In this document: in pieces, positions 36,565 through 49,045 of the stretch
Layout: each line of letters begins with the position of its first letter
How positions within the stretch are numbered: position 1 is the stretch's first letter
Assembly (NCBI GenBank): GCA_034780895.1
Contig: JAUZTB010000135.1
Span: forward strand, 82,402,320-82,466,319
DNA length: 64,000 nucleotides
Direction: 5' to 3'
Source of the DNA: Rhynchobatus australiae
Taxonomy: Eukaryota
Notes under the pieces: model-generated
What the model was told of the DNA's origin: nothing
The model's database searches: none
The model's input: only the letters and a program-made list of their open reading frames with translations
Program-made: the position numbers and the translations under genes

Positions 36565-37088
36565 TGTCTTCATAAGTTCCTCCAAATTCACTGGAAGGAT
36601 AAGTGAACATATGTTGGTGTCCTCTTCCAGGCCAATATCCCAAGTACCGATGCCCTAATTACATTTAGTTAGCTCTGTTGGGCAGTCCTGACACCAGAAT
36701 CCTGAAACAGACTCTCCATTCCAAGCTCTTGTCGTGGGAAGAGATTACAGGCAGACAGAGGATATGATACAGCAATAGATTAAAGACTCCTTAGAAAATG
36801 CAACACGCCCACTAACTCTCAGGAATTCCTGGCCCATGACTGCTCAAAATAGAGAAGGAGTTTTTGGAATGGCATACATTGCGACCACATAGAAGTCCTA
36901 TGTAACCAGCAGACACAACACCTCATCTCCCAAATTAAATATCCCACCCACCCCATCAGTCACCTCCTGCCCTTTTGGTGAAAGGGTCTACAGATCTCAC
37001 ACTGGTCTTATCAGTTGCTTCAGAAATCACAGAATCAGAGTGGAGACAAGTCATCCTTAATTCCAAGGGACTACCTAAAGACGAGGAT
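36565..37088 (+). mobile_element. RTE-clade LINE 3' end
   Basis: Decayed LQIHWKDK..VLFQANIPS..PDTRILKQTL..LAHD, a C-terminal zinc-finger-like part, and 3' end caagtcatccttaattccaagggactacctaa. Confidence 0.7.
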
Positions 37089-38609
37089 TTTCAGATTGGA
37101 TGTTAATTTTGAAGGGAAAAATTGATGATTAAAAGTAGTTAAAAGACATGAAAGGAAATGTATAAATGAAAATTTGTTTCCTCCTTGCACTACTATGCAG
37201 CTGACATTCACACATGCATACTAACATAGATGAGAAACAGCTGTTAATGACTTATCGCTATGGTTCTGTCAAATTAGCAAAGTGCCATTTGCCAACTGTT
37301 AGAAATTTCTGAATTAAGTGAACCTTGTTGTAGTATTTTCAGCTATATAAATGAGATTGCCCTTGCCCTTCATTGAAGATTGTTGTGAGCTACAGTTGGA
37401 AAACATGTTCTGGACGATATTCCCTTATAAGATTTCCCTTGTACTTCTCCTCCAATGTTTGTATTAAGCCTGTCTGGATTGCCTCTATACAAAAGATAAA
37501 AGGTTGCTGTGTTGTAAGAAGGCCAGTTTATAATCAGGAACACAGATTATAGCTTTGCGATGCTATTCATTTTCTTTGAATATCCTTTATATTGTGGAAA
37601 ATGTAAGATGCAACTTTTACACCAGCAAAATTTACATATGGATTCTTTCCAACAAGACCGCTTTATGAAAATCCTGATATAGTCAGCATCTGATAAAAGC
37701 TTCAAACAAGTGGCATTGAAGTCCACATGAGAACAAAATAGGATACATGAACCACAAGATAATAACCACAATCTTTTGTTGGAAGCTATCTAGTTACATT
37801 GTGGATCTTGGAAACACATTCCTGCTTCACTTTGTCTCTGAAAGAACATTAAAAAAAATCGTGCATTCTTGCACTGCTCATTCTAAATGGCAAATTCAGC
37901 ACTGAATGTCACAGGAATCGTCTGGGTTACATCATCTTACAAGAATTTACAGCAGAGGTGAAAGTAACTTAAACTTCTTACTGATATGGTCGTATTGCTA
38001 ACATTGTCACTTTGTCCTGTTTCTACTGACAACATTGGCCATTTCTCACCAGTACACTGTAATGACCTGTACCAACTTCCCTTCACCTCTCCTTTACAAT
38101 GGACCGGGCATCAAAGTCAAACCTGACATGGAAATGGTACTGACACAAATGCTCAGGGAAAAATGGGAATGTAGCAGGAAGTCTTTGACTGCCATTTTAA
38201 AATCTGCCCAGTTTGCTTGCACCAAATAGTTAGGTTAAAAGGAGATCTTAATACTATTTCTTATTCATCTATCACATTATACAGCAGANNNNNNNNNNNN
38301 NNNNNNNNNNNNNNNNNNNNNNNNNNNNNNNNNNNNNNNNNNNNNNNNNNNNNNNNNNNNNNNNNNNNNNNNNNNNNNNNNNNNNNNNATGGCTGACCCC
38401 TTTTCACTTTGCTTTATCCAACTAAATATCAACCAACTGAATTGGAAGGAGTAAAGACTAAACTAGGGAAAGTTTCCAGTGCCATTATGGATGAATTGCT
38501 ACTCTTGCTGGCTCATAAGGAAACCACTTTTTCATTCAAATAAATCCTGATCTTCATTGGTGACTCTTCGGCACTGAATGTCAGAGGATAATCTAGCAAA
38601 AAGCAAGAA

Positions 38610-39135
38610 TCTGCAGAGGGGAAAAGAGATTTAGGGGTCTGTGTACTGAAAATCAATAAAAGGCACAAAAGAAATAAAAGACTAAAATGATGGTTTTTAT
38701 GTCAAAATGGATGAAATACAAAGTGGTGGAAGTTATTTAAAAGGTGGTTGGAGTCTAGAGCACTGCTTCAGTCCAGGGCAGGGCACAGCAGGAAGATGCA
38801 TTGGCCCTAATGGCAGCATGGTGAAGCTTCATTAGAATAATATCAGGGGCTAAAATGGTTAAATTTGAAGGACAGGTCTCAGAAATGTGCATTACATTCC
38901 CTTGATTGTAGAATATTAAAGGACATTAATTAAAGAGTTGAAGATAATTAAAATATTTGATAAGGGAAGTAGAAAAAAAGTTATGTTCTCTGATGGGTGA
39001 AGGAGAAATTAACATTGTTAGACTTTTATTACACAGTATGATCTGAACCAAGCCAGATAAATGGAGTTAAGACAGGTTGGCCAGAATCATCCCAAATAAT
39101 AGAACAGATCTGGGGATCTGAATAGACTCCTTGAT
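38610..39135 (+). mobile_element. Old CR1 fragment
   Basis: cagaggggaaaagagatttaggggtc..ctagagcactgc..attagaataatatcagggg..tggggatctgaatagactcct. Confidence 0.65.
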
Positions 39136-42100
39136 TGGTAAAACAAAACTTGCTGGAACATGCTTTTATTAGTATAAAATTTTAGACTTAATCCTTTACT
39201 TAACATAGTTTCTGTGACTAAACTCTGGAAAAAAGAACAAGGGAAATTTTGACTTCACATCTCCCATTATGTGGGGTATGTTCTCTTTACTACAGTTATC
39301 GTCAGCTGTCTCCAATTGTCATTTCATCTGATATTATGAAAGGCAAAATAAGGTTGTGCTAACAGCCCTCAACCAATCATATTGTTTTAGAGAGGACAAG
39401 GGTTCACTGGTGAAGCAGCGTCAACAGGGAAGTACCATTAACATAATAACACACGATTTTGCATGTAGTGGAAGCCAGAGTTTAGGCATTAGTGTCAACA
39501 AAATGATTAAAATCACAATTTCCTTCTGGTGGTAGGAAGACTGGACAGAAAAGGCTTTGTGAGCACTGCACAGATATAAATAGAACCAGTCACAAAGCCT
39601 GCATTTATTAATAGTTAAAACCAAAAGCAATGTCATCAGAGTAATTGGTCACAATTTTAACAAGGATGGTAAATAAAAAAAAGCTCAGAAGTATTTTGGG
39701 GACCATGGAAGGAAACCACTGTGATGTTAACTGTGACCACAATCAGATGAAGGACTTAGTAAATGTTTGCTTTATATCACCATGCACCTAGTTTATTATT
39801 ACATTTTGATGCACAAGATGATTGTAGTTTTGGCCTGATTTTCGATAGTAATGTGTATTTACATTCAAGATATAAATAACATAGACTGAGTGGAAGTGCC
39901 TGAACCATGAGGGAATTTGTCACTCACTTTAGTGTGCATTTTATCAATGCCCATTTCTTCAAAACAATTGCTGAGCCTGGGAATCACATCAAACACCAAA
40001 CATTACTTACTTCCAGACTCCAGTATTAAGCAAATAACATTTGTAAGGATTGTATTGATTAAAACCCACATCACAGTATCAGCCTTTCAGACATACCTTG
40101 GAATTTTGGAATACGTGCTGATGATTATCCCTTGATGAATCCTTTTATCTGGAAAATAATGGAAAATAAATCAGAGGAAAAGTCACTCACCTTCAGTCAT
40201 TGTGACATTCCTTGCAATAGGTAATTATAAAGGAGAAACTGAAGAAAAATTAAGAAGCAAACCAGCTCTTGCAAATATGGATAGGATTTGGTGGGACAAG
40301 GTCCATAAAAAAAAGTGCGAAAAAGGAAAATAGGAACTGATGAAAAAGATTTGGCATTGGTGTGGTGATAGAACTGTGAATTAGTACTTAACGTTCTGAT
40401 ATTGCAGTTTGATTTGTATTCAGACCAGCAATTTCCCAGATGGTGAATTCCTGAACTTAAGTAGAACCATATAGTCATGTGATGAGCCATTCTTATGTGG
40501 GAAGCATGGAAACCAGAAAAGAGAATAAAATTATGTCATTTGTACTCAGTTCGGATGTACATTAAATTGTGTCATCACCCATTTTTCAGGACTTTCTGCT
40601 CAATATCCCATTCCACAGAAAAGACAACTGCCAAAAGAATTCTACTAATGCTATCTATATCTGCTAGTGTCTTTGAAGTATGGTGGGGTGAGTGTGAAGA
40701 AAAAACTTTGAAGAACAAATCTATCCATTTTTTGCTTTCACAATTACCGTAATCCAGAAACTAATTCACAACCATACGCAGTTTATCATAAGGCAAAATG
40801 CAGAAAAAATTACTGAGGAAGCAGTCAGTTTCCCATAGANNNNNNNNNNNNNNNNNNNNNNNNNNNNNNNNNNNNNNNNNNNNNNNNNNNATAAGCATTT
40901 CTAAAGAATAGGCTCAGAAATACAGAAATGTTATTCCACAAGCTCACAGAAGCAGTATATCCTATATTTCAAAAGACTTTTCTAGACAGTCCATGAAAAA
41001 TACATAAAGAATGTTAGAAAGTGTTGCTTGTACTGTCCTAGCTTAATACCAGCATTCACCTTCATTAATCTTTGAATGAATTACAGTGCCCTATTCAAAA
41101 CTGTTCTCAAAAGTCAGCACTTGTTCTTTCTCATTAGAACAAAAATAAGTCAATTGATGCTACAATGGACTGACTTGGCGCCTGGCAAATATTCCCTTTA
41201 AACAGACAGTCTTTGTAACTAGTCCATACTGTGTCATAGTGTTAACATAAAGGTGTGCATTCATTGTGTTGGTGTAGTTGATGGCTGCCAACCACTCTGT
41301 GGTAATTGTGGCCAGTGAAAATTACTAAAGGGTTCTTGATCTCCTGTCAGTTACTATCAAAGTTACTTACAGTGCTTGTGAATTAATAAACAATACAAAT
41401 AAACAATTGTATTAATCATTTTGAATTATTTTACATTAATTCCTATAAGTGCAATATACAATATTTTCCTGACTAAATAGTTCTCACTAATCAAAAATAT
41501 TGATATTTTTAATTAGTTTCAGTCAAATGCATCTGATTGGTTGATTTCAAATTAAGATCATGCTTCAGGTAATTTCAAATAATATTTATCTTGTCCCATA
41601 GACGTAGTGTATTTTATGGATTAGGAAAAGATGCAGTATCAGTTAAAACTTGACCTTCAAAATAAGATGGTTTGTTTCCACTGATTTATCCAATTTCAAT
41701 GCATTTTCAGGCCTCTATAATGGACAGTGGATTCAATGCACCATTGCTGCATTCCTGTTAGGATTTCTACATTCTCCCCCTTTGGTCTTGTACACAATCT
41801 TTACAAACTCCCATTAGTTTGTTTCCTTTCAATTAAATAAATACTTTATTGAAAAAAACATTAAGATTATTATCAATATTTTTTTCTATCCAGAGAGTAA
41901 CTTTGAACTTGTTAACTGTGTTGAATCTTTTCAAAGTTGGAAACCTACTGTTTTTGATTGCGTTCAGCAGGGAGCTACTCAGCTGGCAACGGGTGCAAGG
42001 CAATCACGTAGCAATCACACAGATCATCCTTTCCTGTCCAGTATCAGTCAGGAAATAACCACACACAGAAACCAGAGGAATACATGTACATGGAGTATGA

Positions 42101-42741
42101 ATCAGCTGCAGGCTGAGTACCTCCCATTTACAATTCAGGAAAGATACAAAGACAATTAAGAACAGTTGCAAAGGCTTCATTGCCATTAGAATCAGCAATG
42201 AAGCATTATCTGGCATCTTCCAGGGAAGCCTGACAAAGCCTTGTGTGGATCTGCAAAAAACTGCTGACATGTTCCTAAATTCATTTCGATGTAAGCAGAT
42301 GGATTGGTGCTATCCTTTTATAATAGAAACATTCCAGGTCCTTGTATTAATATAAGTAATTAATATGTATAACCTAATAGTAGTGAACTTAGTATCCGCA
42401 CTTCAGGCTTCGTCAGGCTTCCCTGGAAAAGGCATTTCAGGATTCCTAAATATTGCATTGATCTACTTGCAATTGTGGAGCTGGATCTTCATCCACAATC
42501 TCAATTGAAATTAATTGGGATAAACGGAAAACAGATGGAAAAGTCAAGCACACTGTTTGACTACCCAACCAGCAATCTGTCCCCTCTTGCCTCTCCCACT
42601 GTGTGGATTACGGCAGGGCATGGGTCTTAGGTCTCTGATGGATTTCCTTTCTTGTTCCCCAGTTAACACCATAGCCAGGAATCATAATGGAGAAGGTGCC
42701 AGTGGGTAAGATTTCATTGAATGGAGTAAACTTACAAAACA

Positions 42742-43164
42742 CTCTCAAAGTGATGACTCAGGAAGAGTGAGTGGTACCAATATTTAGTCNNNNNNNNNNT
42801 TGACAGGATTGTCGGCAAGGTTGAACCCCCCAAGATAATGGCCAATCATTTCAGGTTTTATATCATCCTGATTAAAGATTTTGTCATTGTACACACCAGC
42901 CATGCTGCCAACCATCATTGGCACAATAACTATGTCATGAAAGTAAGTCCTGACAATCTCTAGTTTCTGCATTGGTGGAGCTTTTTTATATTGTGTCACA
43001 ATTTTCAGGTAGGACTGTTGCTTGTGGGGCAACACAACTCTGTGGTCAATCAAATACAACTGCATTAACCCTTCCGAGGGAATATTAAGAATCCGATCCA
43101 GGTTCACACCCATGTAGATGAATCTCCCAAAGATGCTTTTCTTCATTACTACTAAGTCAGCAAT
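42742..43164 (-). pseudogene. RPS15: Processed pseudogene of 40S ribosomal protein S15 (uS19)
   Basis: Intronless: KKSIFGRFIYMGVNLDRIL..LMQLY..KKAPPMQKLEIVRTYFHDIVIVPMMVGSMAGVYNDKIFNQDDIKPEMIGHYLGGF. After the gap it reads RLNIGTTHSS*VITLR (cf. RPGIGATHSSRFIPLK). The start codon is ATT. Confidence 0.93.
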
Positions 43165-43714
43165 ACTACTGATGGGAGTTGCATCAAACTAGTTAATCAA
43201 TTATACTTGTTTGAACTGGACCAGCTCAGAATTCAGTTCTGCTCTCAACATACAATGGTTCAAGTTAGGTTTCCTGTCTTAACAGTCAAAAGTGGCTCAC
43301 AGCTGTGTCATGTTGAAGCAGTGATATCTGTCCCCAAGTAACAAAGCATATGGTGACTGAGACACTGAATTACAGCTCACGGATTATTTCCACNNNNNNN
43401 NNNNNNNNNNNNNNNNNNNNNNNNNNNNNNNNNNNNNNNNNNNNNNNNNNNNNNNNNNNNNNNNNNNNNNNNNNNNNNNNNNNNNNNNNNNNNAATTCTG
43501 AGGCTCTCAGCAGGAAATTGGAAGGTTGAACTGGGAGCAGATGTTCTCTGGAAAAAGTACAAAAGATATGTGGTGAATATTCAGTCGCCACCTTCAACCC
43601 CTCCAGAACTGCAGTGAACTACTTTCAAAGGTGTATTTACAGGATATAGATATATTCAGCCCCTTATTACCACTATAACCCTCACCTTCCAAACCTTAGA
43701 TCTGCCTTTAATAG

Positions 43715-44070
43715 GGTCACAGAGAAGCAGAACAAAGTAGCAGGCCCTTCTGCCCACCACATCCATGCAGACCTTCTTGCGCATCTGCACTGATGCTATT
43801 ATCCTGCAGTGGACCGTATCCCTCTTTGCTTTACCAATTCATGTCCCTGTCTGAATGTCACTTAAACGAGGTATCTGATACCCCTACATTCCTTCCAGAT
43901 GTCAAACTCACTCTGCAAAACAAGCATGCCATTCAAATGCGCTTTGAACCTTCTTTATCACGTCCTAAGCAATGCACGCTCGTTTTTGACACCCATACCA
44001 CGGGAACAAATATTTTGATTTGCTGCCCGTTCTGCGCCTACATAATCATATGTATCAATTTGACTCATCA
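43715..44070 (-). mobile_element. CR1 3' remnant
   Basis: gtcacagagaagcagaacaaagtagcaggcccttctgcccacc..tttttgacacccataccacgggaac. Confidence 0.65.
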
Positions 44071-44481
44071 TCATTCCTCAAGACTTTGGTTGTCAAAAAC
44101 CTGTAAATCCACATTTCTTCATGACTGGGAGACGATCCAATGAGATCACCTTGCCATGTTTGTACTAATTTAACCACTTTATTTTCACCAGAGTTTTTCA
44201 CATTTATTGGAGAATGGATGCAGTACGTTCTCTCGGGCCGAGCCGCTTTATATCACACAACAAACTGCTTTTATGTTGCAAATTCTCAGTTCCCGCACCA
44301 ACCCGTGTAATACTGGTGGAACTTTATTTTCACCAGTATTATCGTTCCTGTATTTGTTGACGTGGCTAAAATGACGTTTCAGAATCAAAGATCAGGGCTG
44401 TGTCTCTGATTCCGCTGGAAATCAGGGTCTCGTCCCGAGCCGTCGTTGTCAGAATGACAAAGGACGCCGCCTCACACTGCA

Positions 44482-45560
44482 GTGGGAATTAGTTCAACAA
44501 TAATCAGGACAACTGAGCGTATTTATGGTCAGCTAATTTAAGCCATTGGAATTCTCGGTAAGCCATGCTGTCGTGATCTACGACGCTCACTGACAAGGTT
44601 ACACATTGCCGTGATACGTGCTCTCGTTAACGACCCTGTCATACTGCCGTATTGCCTCTCCATCCAATCAATAATTTCGCTGCTTCCTCTTCCTTCTCCT
44701 GTCGCAATTGGTGACGATTGTAATCCGGTCCCGAGGACAATGCAGTCTCTCCAAATGTATCACTCGTTACCTGGTGGGAATGGCAGCAGGCAATCTCCTT
44801 GTTATCATCTATCCCTTCCTGAGATGGACTGGTCGGATTTGTTACCGAAATTCATTCCTGCCCATCGCTCCCGTCTGCAGCCTTACTATCACCCTGCTTT
44901 ATGCGGCTACGTGTGTCTCTGTCTGGCTGGTGGTCGTTTTCACCTACGATCGATTTGTGGCCATTTGTTGTGACAAGCTGAAAACAAGATATTGCACGGA
45001 GAGAACAGCGGCTGTGGTTACAGGGATAGATAGCGTGCTGAGCTGCCTTGTGTCTGCACCTGTGTACTTTCTTCACAAACAAAACTATTTTATTGTTGCG
45101 ATCCCTGAGGCTGCAGACCAAAACAAACCTTTTAATCTTCCCCCACCCGGGTCGCACATGACATGATTAACCGCGTCTTAAGCCTTTCCACCCCCACCCC
45201 CCTTCCTGATTTTAGATCTCAAACCACTGACTGACAGACGGATATTAACAGCCGGTACAGTCTGCGAGGTGCAGCAATGGAAAGAATGACAAGAACCAGG
45301 TGATGGAGAACGGAAGGAAATCCCCGGCAGTTTCATACTGTGGTCGGTGACGGAATTCGTGATTCACAGTTATTAGAGAATGAATGCAGTACGTTCCCTC
45401 TGGCCGAGCCGCTTTATAACACACAGCAAACTGCAGTGATATTGCAAATTCTCAGTTCCTGCACCAATACGAGTATTTTTAACCTGACCCAGAGCAGATT
45501 CAGAGAGCAGCTGAAGAACGCGGTGAAATTACCACTGAAATTTATTGTTAAATGGTTTAT
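44482..45560 (+). pseudogene. GPR139/GPR142-like class A GPCR pseudogene with two exons
   Basis: Exon 1 has GTG in place of ATG, reads ..ERIYGQLI*AIGIL, and ends at the GTAAG donor at 44558. The acceptor is damaged near 44705. Exon 2 reads LVTIVIRSRGQCSLSKCITRYLVGMAAGNLLVII..SVWLVVVFTYDRFVAICCDKLKTRYCTERTAAVV, with TM7/helix 8 LQILSSCTNTSIFNLTQSRFREQLKNAVK. Stops and frameshifts fall in TM5-6. Confidence 0.88.
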
Positions 45561-45599
45561 ACCAAAAAAAGATCTTCCACCTGCCATCGGTATTAATTA

Positions 45600-45805
45600 C
45601 ACACCTACTACTTCGCATCTTATACCTTTAACTTCTTGCCAGAGACACCTCTCCAAGAGAAAACGATTCCTTCTATCTCCCCTACGGATGTCTCTCATAA
45701 ATTTCTGCACGGTCTCGTTATCCTTCTGCCCTGTTCGCTCCACGGAATACAAATGCATCTTATCTGCTCTTTCCTGAAATGAAGAACACCCCAATCCAGG
45801 CAAAA
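45600..45805 (-). mobile_element. CR1 ORF2 remnant
   Basis: Minus ORF ILPGLGCSSFQERADKMHLYSVER..ETVQKFMRDI.R.DR.N.F matches the CR1 C-terminal pattern. Confidence 0.7.
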
Positions 45806-45919
45806 TCGAACGACCCATCGATATTTCGGATTAGCGCTGAAAAATGTTTGGTTTTGGTTGCTCGCTGCTGAAACTGATGAGGGGACTCAGTACCTCATTA
45901 TTTATTTGTTTGTTTTATT

Positions 45920-46057
45920 CCTTGTCTGTCTGTCTGTCTGTTTGTCTATGTTTGTCTATCTCTATATAACATCTATCTGTCTGCCTATCCATCTATTTTT
46001 CTATCTATGCATGTCTGTCTCTCTGAATGCCTGTCTGTCTATCTATCTTGCTAGCTA

Positions 46058-46138
<81 letters not shown>
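45920..46138. repeat. (TCTA/TCTG)n low-complexity tract followed by (TG)n at 46062-46138
   Basis: Directly visible. Confidence 0.95.
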
Positions 46139-46141
<3 letters not shown>

Positions 46142-46497
46142 ACTTTATGTTAAAAAAATGTTAGTTAAGAGCCTAGTGTGACAAATTATGTTAAAGCCCT
46201 TTTTTTGCCTGGGAATTGGACTTTGCCAGATTCTTGTGTTTGTGTATAGTGTGTCCATCAGATCGGGTAGCCAACAAATATTGCAAAATTGGCTACAATC
46301 CAATATGAAACAGGGTTAGGATGATTTACATCCAGAAACAAGTGCTAAAAAGGGACCTGTGCAATCCCCAATGGAATGTCCCTCAATTTAGCACAGTTCC
46401 TGATATTTTGCAACACAGTAATCAGAGAAGGGCATCAGCCCTTAAAGGTACACTCCCCTTGGCAGCTGCACCAGCAGCGACACAGACAGTGACTGCC

Positions 46498-46734
46498 ATG
46501 GAGGAGATAGAAACTACAGGGAAAGTGAAGGCAGATCTCACATTCACTCAAAGGAGCTAACTTCTAGTCAATGAGGAACATACAGGGAGGATAGTCCTGT
46601 GTGCCAAGGGAATCAGAAGATCCACCAGGACTGGCCAGAAATGGCTATGCTGTTCTCCTCCAGGAGTGAGAATCCCCACACAGTGGAGGAAGGTGGGAAG
46701 AAATTCTCTATCCTCACAAGATGTATCAGGGTGA
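46498..46734 (+). mobile_element. Decayed Harbinger Myb/SANT exon 1
   Basis: MEE..ADLTFTQRS*LLVNEE..IVL..; DWPEMAMLFSSRSENPHTVEEGGKKFSILTR, then GTGA (cf. W.EVA..VS.RS..PRT..QCRKKFNDLTR). Confidence 0.6.
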
Positions 46735-46735
46735 T

Positions 46736-48177
46736 CGGACTATCCCAAATCAGACTATGCTTCTCCAAATGCTTATAAATCCTGTCCCTAAGAATCTTTT
46801 CCAATAATTTGTCCACCATTGAAGTAAGACTCACTGGTCTATAATTCCCAGGGTTATCCCTACTCCCTTTCTTGAACAAAGGAATAACATTTACGCCCTC
46901 CAATCATCTGGTACTACTCCTGTGACCAGTGAGAACGCAAAGATCATTGCCAAGGGCTCAGAAATCTCTTCCATCACTTCCAGTAGTGTCCTGGGATATA
47001 TCCCATCCCAACCGGGGACTTATATATCCTAATGTTTTTCAAAAGTTCCAGCACATCCTCCTTCTTAACATCGACATGTTCTAGCTTATCAGCTTGTTTC
47101 ACGCTGTTCTCACAAACATCTTGGTCTCTCTCACAGGTGAATACTGAAGCAAAGTATTCATTAAGGGCCTCCCCTACCTCCTCTGACTCCAGGCACATGT
47201 TTCCTCCTCTATCCCTAATTGTGTAGCGACGTACCTACCTGCTCCAAACTGACTCCCACGGCGGCTCGCGTCAACGGAGTTCCCTGGCCCAAGATGGTGC
47301 CGGGCCCTACATCTCCATTAACATCAATGAAAGCCCGTGCGCGGCAAAGGTCAGCTGACCGGCATGACATCAGCAAAGCGACGAGAGCACGAGACTTTCA
47401 AATGGTATATAAGCGCCAGTAGGAAGGGATTCAGGGCTTCTGGTTCAACAACCTCCAAGTACATACGTGAGTCTGGTTTACCCATAGCTAGCCGCTACAC
47501 TACCTTCACTCTAATCATCCTCCTGTTCTTCACATAGGAGTAGAATGCCTTGGGGTTTTCCTTAATCCTACTCACCAAGGCCTTCTCATGCCCCATTCTA
47601 GCTCTCCTAAGTCCATTCTTAAGCTCCTTCCTGGCTACCTTGTAACTCTCCAGAGCCCTGTCAGAACCTTGCTTCCTAAACCTTAAGTAAGCTTCCTCTT
47701 CCCTCTTCACTAGATATTCCACATGTCTTGTCAACCATGGTTCCTTTACTCTACCATCCTTACACTGCCTCAATGGGACAAACCTATCCAGAACCTCATG
47801 CAAGTACTCCCTAAACAACCTCCACATTTCCATTGTGCATTTCCCTGAGTACATCTGCACCCAATTTACGCTCCCAAGATCCTGCCTAATAGCATCATAA
47901 TTTCCCCCTACCCAAATTAAATACTTTTCCATACTGTCTGCTCCTATCCTTCTCCAAGGCAAGGGTAAAGGTCAGGGAGTTGTGGTCACTGTCTCTGAAA
48001 TGCTGACCCACTGAGAGAGCTGACACCTGACCAAGTCCATTGCCTAGTACCAGATCCATTGTGTAGTACTCCTCCAGTTGGCCTGTCTACATATTGTGTC
48101 AGGAATCCTTCCTGGACACACCTAACAAATTCCACCCCATCCAAACCTTTTGCACTAAGGAGGTGTCAATCAATATT
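46736..48177 (-). mobile_element. CR1/HER1-like LINE ORF2 internal fragment
   Basis: NYDAIRQDLGSVNW..IKENPKAFYSYVKNRR; EALNEYFASVFT; NVIPLFKKGSRDNPGNYRPVSLTS. Confidence 0.95.
47222..47499 (+). mobile_element. Solo LTR (Gypsy-like) nested in CR1
   Basis: TGTAGCG...CGCTACA termini, a TATATAAG box, a YY1-like caagatggtg and high CpG content. It cleanly interrupts the CR1 ORF. Confidence 0.75.
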
Positions 48178-48419
48178 AGTTTCTTGACTTGTACTGGGAT
48201 TTGTGATTTTGAAGGTTCCTTAGGAGAAACATCTCCCAATCCTGTAATTCCTTATGGCCTATGCTGGCAATTCTTCTCTCCTCTGCTCAGCTGGAGATGA
48301 GGTCATGAATACTGAAGAAGGCCAAGCCCTGATCTTCTAGCTGCTGCTGCTCTTCATGCACTGTCTCATGATCCTCCAGTCTCCTTGTTGCTCTTCCTCC
48401 ACCAGCTGTTGTCTTCAGT

Positions 48420-48630
48420 TTACAAGGTTGTGCAGTATGCAGCACACCTGAAATGCACCTGCTTGGTGTGTACTGCAGGGTTCCCGCAGACTATACAGGC
48501 AATGAAAGGTTATCTAGAGGAGAAAATGACAGTATTTCATGACCACCCTGGTACTTTTGTATCTCTCATTGTATCTGTACTCAATTACAATTGGAGCGTG
48601 TGTTGGAATCTTAATGCATTTTTTGGAAAG
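48420..48630 (-). mobile_element. Harbinger (HARBI1-like) transposase C-terminal remnant
   Basis: EYRYNERYKSTRVVM..FHCL..GTLQYTP..VCCILHNL. Confidence 0.75.
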
Positions 48631-48693
48631 ATAGTTTTGGTGGTATGCAGTCCATGGAATTTTGGTTGTTGTCATCATAGTGACTTGATTTGA

Positions 48694-49045
48694 CACAGAA
48701 GGAAGACACTCAGGTCCATTCCAGCTTCCAGCAGAGCAACCCTATCAGTCCCATTCCCCCTCTCCTTTATTTTCCTGTAATGTTGAAACACCCCTTTGAT
48801 TCCTTTGCCACTTAACTACACTTAGTGAAAAGAATCCAAGAGGAGTTGCATTTACTTACAGCTGACTTAGAGTAGCCTACCAGCATTATTCTCTGAAACT
48901 GAGGGGAAAGCAGAGCATCATGCACAAACCAAGCAGCCACAGTGAGAACAGGCAAACTCCACGCAGGCAGTATTTGAAATCGGGATCGAACCCAGGTCCA
49001 GAACTGTAAGGCAGCACTGATAACCACGGCTTGACTATGCCACTT
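48694..49045 (-). mobile_element. V-SINE (HE1-like)
   Basis: Reverse tRNA head (gggatcgaacccagg), reverse V-domain gagaacaggcaaactccac and a CR1-type tail. Confidence 0.75.
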
